DNA of 64,000 nt from Octopus sinensis (GCF_006345805.1 NC_042997.1:112282001-112346000), one strand, 5' to 3'. Positions 50,299 to 62,545 are shown, numbered from the stretch's first letter. Notes: generated by a model not told the origin, from the sequence alone. A program made the numbers and translations.

Positions 50299-51364
50299 TA
50301 CTATTGTCATCAAGATGACAAGAAATAGATACCTTTTGCATCATTAACTTCTGCATTTATTATTTAGACAAAAGACATTGTATCCTCTCACATCTTCAAT
50401 TTATTTCTGTCCAAAAAATTTCAGTTTTCATTTTTTCCCTTTTGCTATAACATTGCCGTTATTGTAATATTACAAGTTTTACATGCTGTGTCATGTGACT
50501 CTAGCTGATGATCATGTGATCTATACTATTTAACAGAGCTAGCAGTTCAATATAGAGAGCTTGATTACAAAGAAAAGAAAAAAAATCTACCATAGGGTGA
50601 AGGATCACATACGTTTTCCAGAATTGCTTGCATGACTACTTTATTGTGAAACTTGAGCAAATATTTAAGAAATTTCTTCTATACCTTCTCTATGTGACTG
50701 ATATAAATTGTTCACAGGCTGCCATGTTTCACATATGACATTCAATACAAACTCTTTTGTTATTATAACCAACAGTACACGTATGGACGTTGCATCTTAT
50801 ATACTAATGTTTAAATACTCCTGTAGACTGACTCCTGACCATATACATTTGGGACCTGGTGAAGAGGAACCACACCAAATTCTTAACACTTTCGTTATGA
50901 TGTTTCAGTTGAAATCGTTGACATTTTATCGTTTGTCCGATAATTCATTTGGTTTCTTCTTGACCACTTCTTCCCCTCTGTCCGTGTTTATACGCCCTCT
51001 TTATTTCAATTAATTTCAAAAACAAAGAAGAATATAGGGAAATAACTTTGTCAATATGAAGCTGGTATTTGAGACATAGATTAACATGAAATTTTGATGA
51101 AAGGTTATAATTTAGATCACTTTAAAATAGGAAGTTTGTATCACAGAACCAGGGGTGGTCTCGCTGTTGCAGAGAACATGTGATTTAGGGCCATATTAAG
51201 TTGTGTTTATTTGCTCTTTGATGTTGGTTTGACAATCAGAAATAATAAAATACATATTAATAATGACAGTTTTCTTATCCTGATATTTTCTTATTACTTA
51301 TCTATTTTCAATTAATCTAATGTTACTTTAACTATGAAATGCTCCACATCAACTTATCATCCAT

Positions 51365-51890
51365 TTCTCTTAATTTTTTGCCGAACCACTAAGTTATGGG
51401 GATATAAACTCACTAACACCAGTTGTCAAGTGGTGGTGGGGAAAAACACCGACACACACTCACAAATATGTGTGTGTGTGTATCATCATCATCATTGTTT
51501 AACATCTGTTTTCCATGCTAGCATGGATTGGATGGTTCAACCGGGGTCTGGGAAGCCAGGAGGCTGCACCAGGCTCCAGTTTGATCTGGCAGTGTTTCTA
51601 CAGCTGGATGCCCTTCCTAATGCCAACAACTCCGTGAGTGTAGTGGGTGCTTTTTATGTCCCACCAGCACAGGTGCCAGGGGAGGCTGGCAACGGCCATG
51701 ATTGGTTGGTGATTTTTACATGCCACCGGCATGGAAGCCAGTCAAAGTGGCGCTGGCATATGTATGTATGTTTATATATGTATGTATATATGACAGTGTT
51801 CTTTCAGTTTCTGTCTACCAAATCCACTCACAAGTTTTGGTCAGCCCAAGGCTATAGTAGAAGACACTTGCCCAATGTGCCATGCAGGTT
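51365..51890 (-). mobile_element. SINE type A split by an RTE 3' end (51482-51758)
   Basis: The two SINE halves flank the LINE tail at the internal microsatellite. Confidence 0.8.
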
Positions 51891-52130
51891 GCCATACTGC
51901 CTGAAGCAGTAGGGTCTTCGACTAAGTATGATTCAGGGTGGGAGGTAGCTTTATACTGCAGAATGAGAGGTTAAAGTAAGAGAGAAGGGTTCAAAAGAGA
52001 ACCAGTTTCTTGCTGTAGAAGTACCGCATGGTTACTCACAATGTAGAAGAATGGCTGTAAGTGATCAGAGTGGAGCTGAAAGGAGAGATAAAGTAGTGAT
52101 GAAGAGATATGAGGATGTACCCTCATGATT

Positions 52131-52420
52131 GGTGTAAACCCAGGTCCAAAATTTTTTACAAACAAGGTCGATATTTTTGCTGTCTTAATATCAAATCAAA
52201 CACAGGTATGATAATAATAACAATTATTAATATATTTACGCATCAATCCAATCAGATAAATCCAGTAATGGAAAAGTAATGTTTCAAACCATCCCAAAAA
52301 TGTTTCTACACTCATTTGTTTTGGCAATGAAGTTTTTCTGGAGGATGTTCAAAGTATTTTCATTGCCCACTACAAATTTTTTGGGTTCTGTGCTTGCACC
52401 TCCTGTTCCCAAACCTATGG
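52131..52420. mobile_element. Non-autonomous DNA-transposon-like repeat, copy 2
   Basis: Aligns with 13905-14159. Confidence 0.65.
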
Positions 52421-52475
52421 ATAGGAGGTGATTAGCAGTGAGTGTCATATGGTAAACTGTTGTAGTTTCATTCAG

Positions 52476-52855
52476 TGAGCTTGCAGAATTGTTAGAACAT
52501 TGGAAAAATGCTTAGCGGCATTTCTTCTTGCTCTTTACGTTGGCATAGATTGGATAGTTTGACTGGGCTGGCAAGCTGGAAGGCTGCACCAGACTCCAGT
52601 CTGATTTGGCATGGTTTCTACAGCTGGATGTCCTTTGTAATGCCAACCACTATGAGAGTGTAATGGGTGCATTTGTGTGCCACCAGCATGGGTGCAAGTT
52701 ATGTGACACTTGAGTTCATATTCTGCTTAGCTTGACTCTGCCTTTCATCCTTTCAGAATAGATAAAATAAATACCAGTTGAGCACTGGGGGGGGGGGTAA
52801 GTGTAATCAACTAGCTCCTCACCTCTCCCAAAATTTCAGGCCTTTACTAGAAAGA
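52476..52855 (+). mobile_element. SINE type B split by an RTE 3' fragment (52541-52710)
   Basis: Head ...CTTTACGT resumes as TGAGTTCA... after the insert. Confidence 0.75.
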
Positions 52856-53353
52856 ATTTTTAAACTATTAAATGCTTAATTATGTATTATAAACAAACTG
52901 ATAACTCAGCCTCTGATGAAGTTTCTTTCAAATTATATTGGTTATTAGACAGTGATCATAATACATCGCTAAGTCTTATGATATTCTAAGGTTCCAGACA
53001 TGTCTGATGGAGAAGTGTATGTAACATGAAATGATAACCATATTGTTAACATTAGCCATTTACAAAATTTATTATTGAGATATTTTAATCTTACATTTCA
53101 AAGCATTTTGTAATTGAAACATTTTCTCTGTAATTTAATCTTGTATATTTTGGAAGATACCAACTTGGAAATATTTCACATCCAGTATCATTATAGAATC
53201 TTTTCATGTTGATTCATTAAAACAAATGATTTTGTGGCCAATTATTAGAAATCACACAGCTACTGCAAAGTAATTATAATTTTTATAATTACAAAAAACA
53301 GCTGTATTCTTTAACCCACGTTTAAAAACATACCATGTTAGATGTCATCCTCA

Positions 53354-53555
53354 GCAGAATCGCTAGGATGCTGGGCAAAGTGCTTGTAAGTATTTCATCT
53401 AGCTTTACATTCTGAGTTCAAACGCTACCAGGGTCAACTCTGCCTTTCATCCTTTCAGGGTTGGTAGATTAAGTACCAGTTGAGCACGGGGTGATGTAAT
53501 TAACTTAACCCCTCCCCCAAAACTTGCTGGCCTTGTGCCAAACATTTGAAACTAA
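53354..53555 (+). mobile_element. SINE type B
   Basis: Family motifs as at 16903. Confidence 0.8.
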
Positions 53556-53772
53556 TAGAAATAATACATTTCGAAATCTCTCAGAGATTTATGCAGTATC
53601 AGCACGATAAAGTGATAGTATGTTGTCAACTTAATGTGACAGTCCCATGAAAGGGAAGAATGCTACTGTTCTTTAGCCCTAGGAAAGACCGTTTCCTGTT
53701 GGACTTGACACATTTCCTGTTTCCTTATGATTTCAAAGTGGAGACGAGCACCTCCACCCTGCAAAGCCAGCA

Positions 53773-53815
53773 CCCAGAGACTAGTTTCAGAGCCATTGCT
53801 CATCATCAGTCTGGA
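53773..53815 (-). ncRNA. Minimal type I hammerhead ribozyme-like motif
   Basis: UCCAGA-CUGAUGA-U-GAGC(AAUG)GCUC-U-GAAAC-UA-GUC-UCUGGG: intact core, stems I and II, palindromic ACUAGU stem III, GUC triplet. Confidence 0.72.
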
Positions 53816-53911
53816 GTAGCATGGCTTGCTAGCTGTCGGTGCATATCCACCTTTGAAAACATATATTTCAATTGAAATACATTCACTGATTTTTGAAAAT
53901 AGCCATGCTAC

Positions 53912-53959
53912 TCCAGACTGATGATGAACAATGCAATGACTCTGAAACTAGTCTCTGGA
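53912..53959 (+). ncRNA. Minimal type I hammerhead ribozyme-like motif (stem II damaged)
   Basis: UCCAGA-CUGAUGA...GAAAC-UA-GUC-UCUGGA; perfect 6-bp stem I; stem II has substitutions and a CAATG duplication. Confidence 0.62.
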
Positions 53960-54140
53960 TGCTGGCTTTGCTGGGTGGAGGTGCTCGTCTAAACTTTGAA
54001 AACATAAGGACATGGGAAATGTGTCAAGTCCAACAGGAAATTGTGTTTCCTAGGGCTAAATAACAGTAGCATTCTTCCCTTTCATGGGACTATCACATTA
54101 AGTTGACAACATACTATCACTTTATTTGAAAGCAATATTA

Positions 54141-54360
54141 AGGCAGCAAGCTGGTAGAATTGTTAGCAGATCAGACAAGGTGCTTAGCAGCATTTCTTCT
54201 GACTTGTTAATTTCTGAATTCAAATTCTGCAGAGGTGAACTTTGCTTTCATATTTTCAGGGCCAATAAAATAATTATCAGTTCTACATTGGGGGTCAGTG
54301 TATTCAACTTCCTCCTCTCCTCAAAATTGCTGACCTTATGTCAAAATCAGAAAGAATTAT
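54141..54360 (+). mobile_element. SINE type B, diverged
   Basis: Family motifs. Confidence 0.75.
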
Positions 54361-54479
54361 TATGGTTTTTATTATGCCACCAATGTCTGCTAGAAATATA
54401 GGGGATAGCAAAGAAAAAAACCCCTCCAATTCAGATTCACCATTCTTGATCAATGTTTCAAGAACAAATGCACAATGTA

Positions 54480-55795
54480 CATTTGCTGTTGAAACTAGTA
54501 ACTAAAAAAGAAAAGCACAGTGAATGTTGGCTACACGAAGACAATTTCCACCTATCTGTCTAATTTGACAAGTGCCGAACCAGTGGCTGTGTAAAATATG
54601 GCCAATGTTACTGCCACACCCTTTAGCATTCGGATTACTGTGTCTTATGTAATGCTTATTGTGTTGAATTAATCATTCGTTATGGTCAGTTTAGATACTG
54701 AAGGCCAATCTCCAGTGGTGTATCATTAGTACTGTTTGAATAACTGGTTTTCTAACTGTTCTGGCTCCTTCCATAAGTTCACCCTGTTCATAAAATCCAC
54801 TTCTACACCACTGCACCATTAAATGTACAACATAGAATATTTTCCTTCTGTAAATATCACCCAAAAGTAGTTTTCTCCTTTTTTTTTTGTTGGATATTCT
54901 TTGATTGGTTTGCAGAAGAGATTGAAAAAGTATATTTATTCTACATAAATTGTTTCTGTATTTAACTTAGCCAGGTTGTATTTAATGGATGTGTATTATC
55001 TAGAATAGTGGATACGTTGTTGCATTATGCGATTGAGGAAACTAAATAGTCAGATATTTCTGTGACAGTGAATGCTCTCCTTTATGGCAAACTTATAATC
55101 TATAAAAAAGGAAAATAGTCCAATATCTCTGACAGAACAGGATTATTATCCTAACCAGTGATTTAACTGGAAGAATCACAAATATAGAAACCCTAAGTTT
55201 AGATGAATTGCAACATGTAAATATAAAGGATTTCAATGGAAAGTACCATCGAAATGAAACCAGAAGCATTAGGGTAAAAAAAAAGGAATTGGATATTTGA
55301 TGTATTGAGTTAATAGAAAGTGATTTTTGTATGGATTCTACATGTCTTCATCATTTCTGTATTTTATGGACATTTCTACAAGTGACAGGATAACAGGCTT
55401 ACCAGCAACATTTCAGTCATGTATATTCTTAAGCCATTGCTTTTAGTGAATTCATAGTGGAGTTGTGTGGCTCAGTGGTGAGGTAAAAACAAAAAAAAAA
55501 TCTCTCTTTTTCTCAAGGATAAATGTTAGTTCTTTTGTACAATAAATTTACAAACTCCTAATTGTAAAGTACCACAAAATATTCACTTTCCTTTGCATCT
55601 GGCATGGGCATAATTTCAGTTTTTTGAGATTCCTGCATTGTTGTTGTCAAATGAATGTACAAATGGAGAGAAATTGATGCATTTTTTCCATCTAGAGGTA
55701 GTCGAAGCACCTTGTTGTTGTGTGCTATCTAGAATATCCTCCTCAACTTCTGCCTCATCTGACGATGGAAAAAAGTTCTTCATTGCTGTGTCATC
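54480..55795 (-). pseudogene. Possible decayed piggyBac transposase
   Basis: Minus-strand acidic N-terminus SSDEAEVEEDI, then W..F..GI, SEYF, FIVQ.(T)N.Y-like and later FYT-like remnants; many frameshifts. Confidence 0.4.
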
Positions 55796-56170
55796 ATTAC
55801 CATCTGTTGGATGGTTTGACAGGAGCTGGTAAGCCGGAGGACTGCACCAGGCTCCAGTCCTCTGTTTTGGCATGGTTTCTACTGCTAGATGTCTTTCTTG
55901 ACACCAACCACTTTACAGTGATCGTTGCCAGAGCGGCTAACTGGCTTCCGTGCTGGTGGCACATAAATGCTAGATGGTACTGGCATGGGTGCTTTCCCTG
56001 TGGTGCCACCACAGATGCTTCTCATGTGGCACCTGCACAGGTGCTTTTCACATGTCACTGGTATGGATGCTTTTCGCATGATGATGGTCCAGGTACTTCA
56101 CATGTGGTGCCAGGCCTGGTACTCTCCATGTGGCACCAGTACAGGTGATTTTTACATGGCACTGGTGTGC
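55790..56170 (-). mobile_element. RTE LINE 3' end with expanded ~27-bp internal repeats
   Basis: About 7-8 degenerate GGTGCTTTT..CATGTGGCAC units follow the UTR motifs. Confidence 0.75.
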
Positions 56171-56270
56171 TGACTGTTTATTATATCTGTTAATATCCAG
56201 ATATATGTGGTGGGAGGTGGGTTCACAGTTCTGTCTGAAGACATGTGCATGTCTGAATAATCTGTCATGA

Positions 56271-56488
56271 AGGTGACAAGCTGGCAGAAACATTAGCATG
56301 CTGGGCAAAATGCTTAGTGGTATTTCGTCTGTCTTTACATTTTGAGTTCAAATTCCACCACGGTCAACATTGCTTTCATCCTTTCGGGGTCGATAAATTA
56401 AGTACCAGTTGCATACTGGGATCGAGCTAATCAACTGCCCCCTCCCCCAAAATTATGGGTCTTGTGCCGAGAGTAGGAAAAAAAATTA
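56271..56488 (+). mobile_element. SINE type B
   Basis: CTTTCATCCTTTCGGGGTCGATAAATTAAGTACCAG intact. Confidence 0.88.
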
Positions 56489-56846
56489 TGAATAATCTGT
56501 CATTGTCAACTGTATTACTTGTCATAATGGACAACGATAACAACAGCAGCAATGAGCCACCATAATGTTCTTCTACCAGCATCCGAGTGGCAATGCTACT
56601 ACATTTAATCCGTTAACTTTGTTCGGTAACATGGATAAATCAAGGTTTCAAAGTTGACTTCTCTAATGTTTGAAGAGTACCTTTCCAATTGATATAATTC
56701 ATATGAGATGTGAGAAGGGGTATGTCTTGTTGAATCTAACTCACTGTTGAGTTCATTTGTCATTTAGTTGTTTTCAAAAGATAGAAATTGATATACAGTG
56801 TTTTAGTACTGATATAACCATACACATGAAACAAGTTACAAGTTGT

Positions 56847-57585
56847 ACACAGGCATGGTGTGTAGTAAGAAGTTTGCTTCTCAACCACATGGTTCTGGGT
56901 TCAGTCAAGCTGTACGGTACCTTGGCCTGACCAAAGCTTTGCAAGTGGATTTTTTTAACAGAAACTGAATGAAACCCATTTAATATATTATCATCATCAT
57001 CATTTAAGATCTGCTTTCCATGCTAGCATGGGTTGCACGGTTTGACTGAGGGCTGGCGAACCAGATGGCTGCACCAGGCTCCAGTCTTAATCTGGCAGAG
57101 TTTCTACAGCTGGATGCCCTTCCTAATGCCAACCACTCTGAGACTGTAGTGGGTGCTTTTACATGCCAGCAGCACAGGGGCCAGTCAGGCGGTACTGGCA
57201 ACGACCTCGCTTGAATCTTTTTACACATGCCACCGGCACAGGTGCCAGTAAGGCGATGCTGGTAACAATCACACTCGAATGGTGCCTTTTATGTGCTACC
57301 AGCACGGAAGTCAGTTAGCCGCTCTGGCAACGATCACGCTCAGATGGTGCTCTTAGCACCCTACTAGCACGGGGGTGTATGTAGGTGTCTGTGTTTGTCC
57401 CCCACTACTGCTTGACAACTGGTGTTTGCATTCCTATAATTTGGCAGTTTGGTAAAAGAGACTGATAGAATAACTATCAGAATTAAAAAAAGAACAAAGC
57501 CCTGGGGGCAATTTGACTAAAAATTAATTCTTCAAGTCAGTGCCCCAGCATGGCCACTGTAATGACTGAAACAAGATAAATAATA
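56847..57585 (+). mobile_element. SINE type A split by a minus-strand RTE 3' end (56990-57372)
   Basis: Head 56847-56980, tail 57375-57585. Confidence 0.8.
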
Positions 57586-58160
57586 GAGATCTTAAGGAAT
57601 ACAAACAGACACTACTGCCACTACTACTACAGTTGTTTTGTATTTATACACATGGCCAGCAGTTTTGTAGGGAGAGGGGTTAGTCAGTACCATCAACTAC
57701 AGTACTTGACTGGTGGGTTGAAAGGCAAAGTTGTCCCTAGGATATAAAGAGTTAGAAGAAATACCATAATGCATCTTAACCAACTTTGCCATTCTTTTAC
57801 TCTGCTAGAATAGCTTTAAGTTACAATGACAGACGTAAACAAAATATTTGTGGATGTAGACAAAAATGTGGAAAATCTTTATTTATGGTAGAATCTAGGC
57901 CAAATATTGATTAATTTCTCGTATTGAACCAAAGCCAGAAATTGTAAGGCGGAGTGTAATATTTATAATTGGTCCCTGAACACGGTTGGTATTTATTTTA
58001 TTAAGCCCCAGATGAGGAAGGAAAGATAGAGTTGTGACAAAGATTGGACTGGTATTGAATAACCCAGGAGACATGTTCAAAAAGCAGAGTGGACAGCCAA
58101 TTGAAGAACTCAGAATATAAAGGGACTTAAAATATTGTAGACACTTTTGTTTACCACATT

Positions 58161-58592
58161 TCTACCCTTCACACAACTATTTTATATAGTACCCTACCAA
58201 TTCTATCAACCCTCTGCCCCTCACACAACTATTTTATATAGTACCCTACCAATTCTTATTTCTTTATTGCCCACGAGGGGCTAAACATAGAGGGGACAAA
58301 CTAAGGACAGACAAAGGGATTAAGTCAATTACATCGACCCCGGTATGTAACTGGTACTTAATTTATCGACCCTGAAAGGATGAAAGGCAAAGTTGACCTC
58401 AGCAGAATTTGAACTCGGAACATAACAACAGACAAAATACCGCTAAGCATTTCGCCCAGCGTGCTAACGTTTCTGCCTGCTCAATTCTATCAATCTTCTA
58501 CCCTTCACACAACTATTTTATATAGTACCCTACCAATTCTATCAACCCTCTGCCCTTCACACAACTATTTTATATAATACCCTACCAATTCT
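58161..58592. repeat. 52-bp minisatellite (4 units) interrupted by a SINE
   Basis: Unit TCTRCCCTTCACACAACTATTTTATATAGTACCCTACCAATTCTATCAACCC at 58161, 58213, 58497 and 58549. Confidence 0.92.
58257..58482 (-). mobile_element. SINE type B variant with a different 3' tail
   Basis: Type B head and central domain; tail ...GTTTAGCCCCTCGTGGGCAATAAAGAAATA; TSD AATTCT. Confidence 0.88.
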
Positions 58593-60043
58593 GCCCCTAC
58601 ATCAATTTACAAACGCTCAAGTCCACCAAAACAAAACAATACTGATAAGTACATTATAAAGTGTTACACATATAACAGAGGTTATTCTGGACATTTTGTC
58701 TCCAGATTTTATGCTAGAATCCCTTTATGCTTTTTATCTTTTTTCCAAAAGAAACGTTTTTCCATTAAAAAATATTCAGTCACTATTAAAAAAGGGGGTT
58801 ATTTGTATTAGCTTTATTTTCATTTACACACAGTCTTGTGGATTATCATTTATGCTAAGGGAGGTAATTATCACTTTACAGGTGGGATTATAAATTTGAA
58901 TTAAAAATCAAGGAATACAAAAAGGATACTAGGCAGTCACATATATTTTCATTTTATCTAGAAAAATATGGGGAAAAACCCAGTGTTACCCCCGTCATAT
59001 AGCAGGTAACTTTTTTGTCACCATTGGCAATATCAGGAAATATGATACACACGCAAAAGTTATTATTCGACTTTTATCACACTTCCTTGTGCTGATTCAA
59101 AATGCAGTGAACATATACCTTTTTATCTTTTACTTGTTTCAGTCGTTAGACTGCGTCCATGCTGGGGCACCACCTTGAGGAATTTTTTAGTTGAATGAAT
59201 CAACCCCAATATCTATTTTTTTTTTAAGCCTGATAGTTATTCTATTGCTCTCTTTTACCAAATCACTAAGTTATGGGGATGTAAAAACACCAACACCTTT
59301 AAACATGGACAGCACACAACTAAAGGCCTCACAATCACTCCCAGTGCTGGTTCTCCTTATCACTAAGAACCTCTACTGTTGAAAGCATCTCCTAACATCC
59401 TAACAATTGGCCCTTCTCAGATTCAGAACATACTTCTGCTCCCCCCCCACACACACAATTATTAACACTCTACAAAGCTTAGGTGAGGCTGACAATGGAA
59501 TGTTGCTTTCACATCTGAGATTCTCTTGCTGCACACATACAAACTTCTTAGACCACATCCAACTGATTGGCATGAAGTCACTCAAAGACCCTCTCCAGCC
59601 TCAAATCCACAGGTACACTGTCCTCTCTCTGCCTTTCCTATTGCTACTAGAATGACCTCCTCAGAGCTGGTTGAGTCCATGCCACCTCCATTCACATGAA
59701 TTTCCCTACCGTATATGAAACATGTGGTTTACATTCAGTGAACAGTGACTGCCCCAAACTGTCCCATTATGAACTAGGATTGCTGTCTCTATATTTAGCT
59801 AGTAAAAATTCTACATTCCTATTTGCCAATGTTCTCTGGCAACGAGAAGAGTTTAAGCCCTACTATTCTAATTGGCCATCAAATAATCTGAACCAATGAA
59901 ACTAGTTGAAATGTTTTCCGTATTTTGTGAAGTCAGTTCATTTATTTATTTATTGTTTCTGTGTGTACAAACTGGTTATTTCTGTGGCAGAAAACCTCTT
60001 TGTGAATGTCCTGGTGATTGTGTTTATATTTCTGTAATTTTAG

Positions 60044-60137
60044 GGTGACAGGAAAGAAGACTCTGGTGACAAGGAAGTGAAAACAGATGACCAGTCGAAA
60101 AAAGATGAAGCTAACAAAACAAAAGACAAAAATGATG
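60044..60137 (+). CDS. Internal coding exon (GDRKEDSGDKEVKTDDQSKKDEANKTKDKND+G), probably the same gene as 8965-9075
   Basis: T-rich acceptor TTTCTGTAATTTTAG, open phase-0 frame, donor G|GTATGT (phase 1), purine-rich exon-like composition in unique sequence. Confidence 0.72.
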
Positions 60138-60569
60138 GTATGTCATATTACATTTAATATATACCACACTGGTATGGTACATTACAATTATTATAACCCA
60201 AAGTGGTCTACAGTCATTGTGCAATTAAACTGTGTGTAGTTTTGTAATTACTACATGCTACAAATTCTTTCTCATTTAATTTATTTTCCTCTTTACAATA
60301 TAAAGGGGAAAATATTCCCTCCGTGGAGTGAAGCTACTACTGTGTAATAAATGATAGTTTAAACAGGAAAGGAAATAAATTTAAAGCTTGTGTTTTATAC
60401 TTTATAAATTTTTGGTTTTATGTATTTATTTTAAAAAATTTTGTGTAATTATCAATTATAAAAATAACTAAAATATAAATCTTATTAACAACTAAGTACA
60501 CGTAGGTTATTAATGTTTATAGACTTAGTAGTCTTAGTTTGATTTTTTTTTTTTTTTTTGGTCAGTGAA

Positions 60570-60825
60570 GGCACATGGCCCAATGGTTAGGGTGTTGCAT
60601 TAACAATTGCAAGATGGTAGTTTCAATTTCCAGACTGGGCAGTGTGTTGCTTTCTTCATCAGAACACTTCATTTCACATTACTCCAGTCCACCCAGCTGT
60701 AAATGGGTTCCGGCAATAACTATAAAGGACTGGTATTCCATTCAGTCGGTGAGGCATGTTGTCACTTATATGCAATGGAAACTGGGTCAAGTTCTTGCCT
60801 CAGAAGTCCTGGGGTCGGGACGCCC
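60570..60825 (+). mobile_element. tRNA-derived SINE, type-E-related head
   Basis: TGGCCCAATGGTTAGGG A box, GTTTCAATTTCC B box, CTCCAGTCCACCCAGCTGTAAATGG. Confidence 0.65.
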
Positions 60826-60829
60826 AAGA

Positions 60830-61150
60830 TGATGGTTTCCATCATCCACTTATCTGTTTTTCATTGGTCAGAAATGAAACACCTGTGCTTTACTTTTGAT
60901 GACAAAGGTGATTGGTGGCAATTTAGTTGTCTTAGATCTTCAATTCTGACACGGTCTGAGAGTTTGGTGTTATTAATAATTCGCATTACATAATTCTGAA
61001 AGACTTGCTGTTTCTGTAGTGTAGCAGAAGTCCAGTTGACACATTCCAGACCATATAAAACTACTGGAAGAATACAGGTGTTGAAGATGCTTGATTTTAT
61101 GTGGTATGGGACTCATCTGGAAAGCTCTTACCAAAGATCAAGTATGCTAG
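60830..61150 (-). mobile_element. Degraded RTE-like LINE C-terminal fragment (third subfamily)
   Basis: IKSSIFNTCILPVVLYGLECVNW...QVFQNYVMRIINNTKLSDRVRIEDLR. Confidence 0.7.
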
Positions 61151-61817
61151 AAGCCACTGTCTTGTGTTGGTGCAATTCTGCCACTGGTGGAGACAGCAGG
61201 AAGAGGAAGCACTTGTGCTGCCTAGAATAGTTAGCAATTTTGTAGCCAGTCGGCTGACTTTCAAAAAGAACCCCTGGCATTGGAGGAGGGAGAGAATGTG
61301 GATTGGTAGCAGATCATTGCAATAAGGCAATGGTCAAATGAGCTGGTAGGTCAAGAGACAGTTATTGTCAGCAGAATGCTGGATTTGGAGGTGAAAGAGA
61401 GGGCAATGGGGTTGGAAATATCTTGTTGGTAAGGGATGAAACTAGATGGGGATAAGTGTGAAAGCCAAGAGAAGTAGTGAGAATTGGATTAATTAAGGAT
61501 TATGATTTCGGAGAAGAACAAAACGAGATGTTATTGATAGAGATAGAGAAATGCTTCTGTGAAGCGTGTAGTAGTCATGGTTGCTGGTGAATGGAAAGTG
61601 TATTTGGCTGTGTGTAGAAGTAATTAACATCATTTGTGAACAATTAACAAAAGATTTTATTACTGCCCCTAGTGTTTTAATTTTGTTGGTCTTTTTTCAA
61701 ATAATTACACCCTGGGAGTGGCATACAGCTCAGGATTTATGACAAGTTGACTGATATAGCAATTTGTGGCTGACTCATCATAAATGGAAAGTAATTGTGC
61801 TATATTTGTGGTAGGTC

Positions 61818-62545
61818 CCATTGCATGGCACCTTGGGCAAGTGTCTTCTACCATTGCCTCAGGCTGACCAAAACCTTGTGAGTGGATTTGGTAGATTGAA
61901 ACTGAAAGAAGCCCATTCATCATCATCGTTTAATGTCCGCTTTCCATGCTAGCATGGGTTGGATGATTTGACTGTCTGGCGAACCAGATGGCTGCACCAG
62001 ACTCCAATGTGATCTGGCAATGTTTCTACTGCTGGATGCCCTTCCTAACGTTAACCACTCTGAGAGTGTAGTGGGTGCTTTTACATGCCACTGGCATAAG
62101 GGCCAGTCAGGTGGTACTGGCAACGACCACACTCAAATGGTGCTTTTTATGTGCCACCTGCACAGGGGCCAGTCCAGCGGCACTGGCAACGACCTCGCTT
62201 GAATGTTTTTTCGCATGCTACCAGCACAAGTACTAGTAAGTACAAGTACAGCACGGAGGCCAGCTTGTTCCTCTGGCCATGATCTCACTTGTATGGTAGT
62301 CTTAGCGCGCCACTAGCACGGATGCCAGTCATCGAATTTGATTTTGATTGTGTATATATATGTTTGTGTCAGTGTTTGTCCCCTACCACCACTTGACAAC
62401 TGGTGTTGGTGTGTTTACGTTCCTGTAACTTAGTGGTTCAGCAAAAGAGAAGTACCGGTGTCGATTCATTCAACAAAAAATTCTTCAGGGTGGTGCCCCA
62501 GCATGACCACAGTCTAGTGACTGAAACAAGTCAAAGATAAAAGAT
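61818..62545 (+). mobile_element. SINE type A split by a minus-strand RTE 3' end (61918-62350)
   Basis: Head to GAAAGAAGCCCATT; tail resumes TGTTTGTCCCC. Confidence 0.8.

Larger units (their letters stand above)
53607..54125. mobile_element. Fold-back element with ~220-bp arms (53607-53826 and 53901-54125), Penelope-pLTR-like
   Basis: Long, highly similar inverted repeat with a 74-bp spacer; hammerhead core in each arm. Confidence 0.88.

Noticed and set aside
58161-58592. CRISPR-like array appearance
   Set aside because: Contiguous tandem units without unique spacers, eukaryotic context, no cas genes.
59300-59690. Possible CR1/L2 3' remnant (similar weak LINE hints at 26520-26900 and 31000-31260)
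   Set aside because: Motifs too degraded to support a call by eye.
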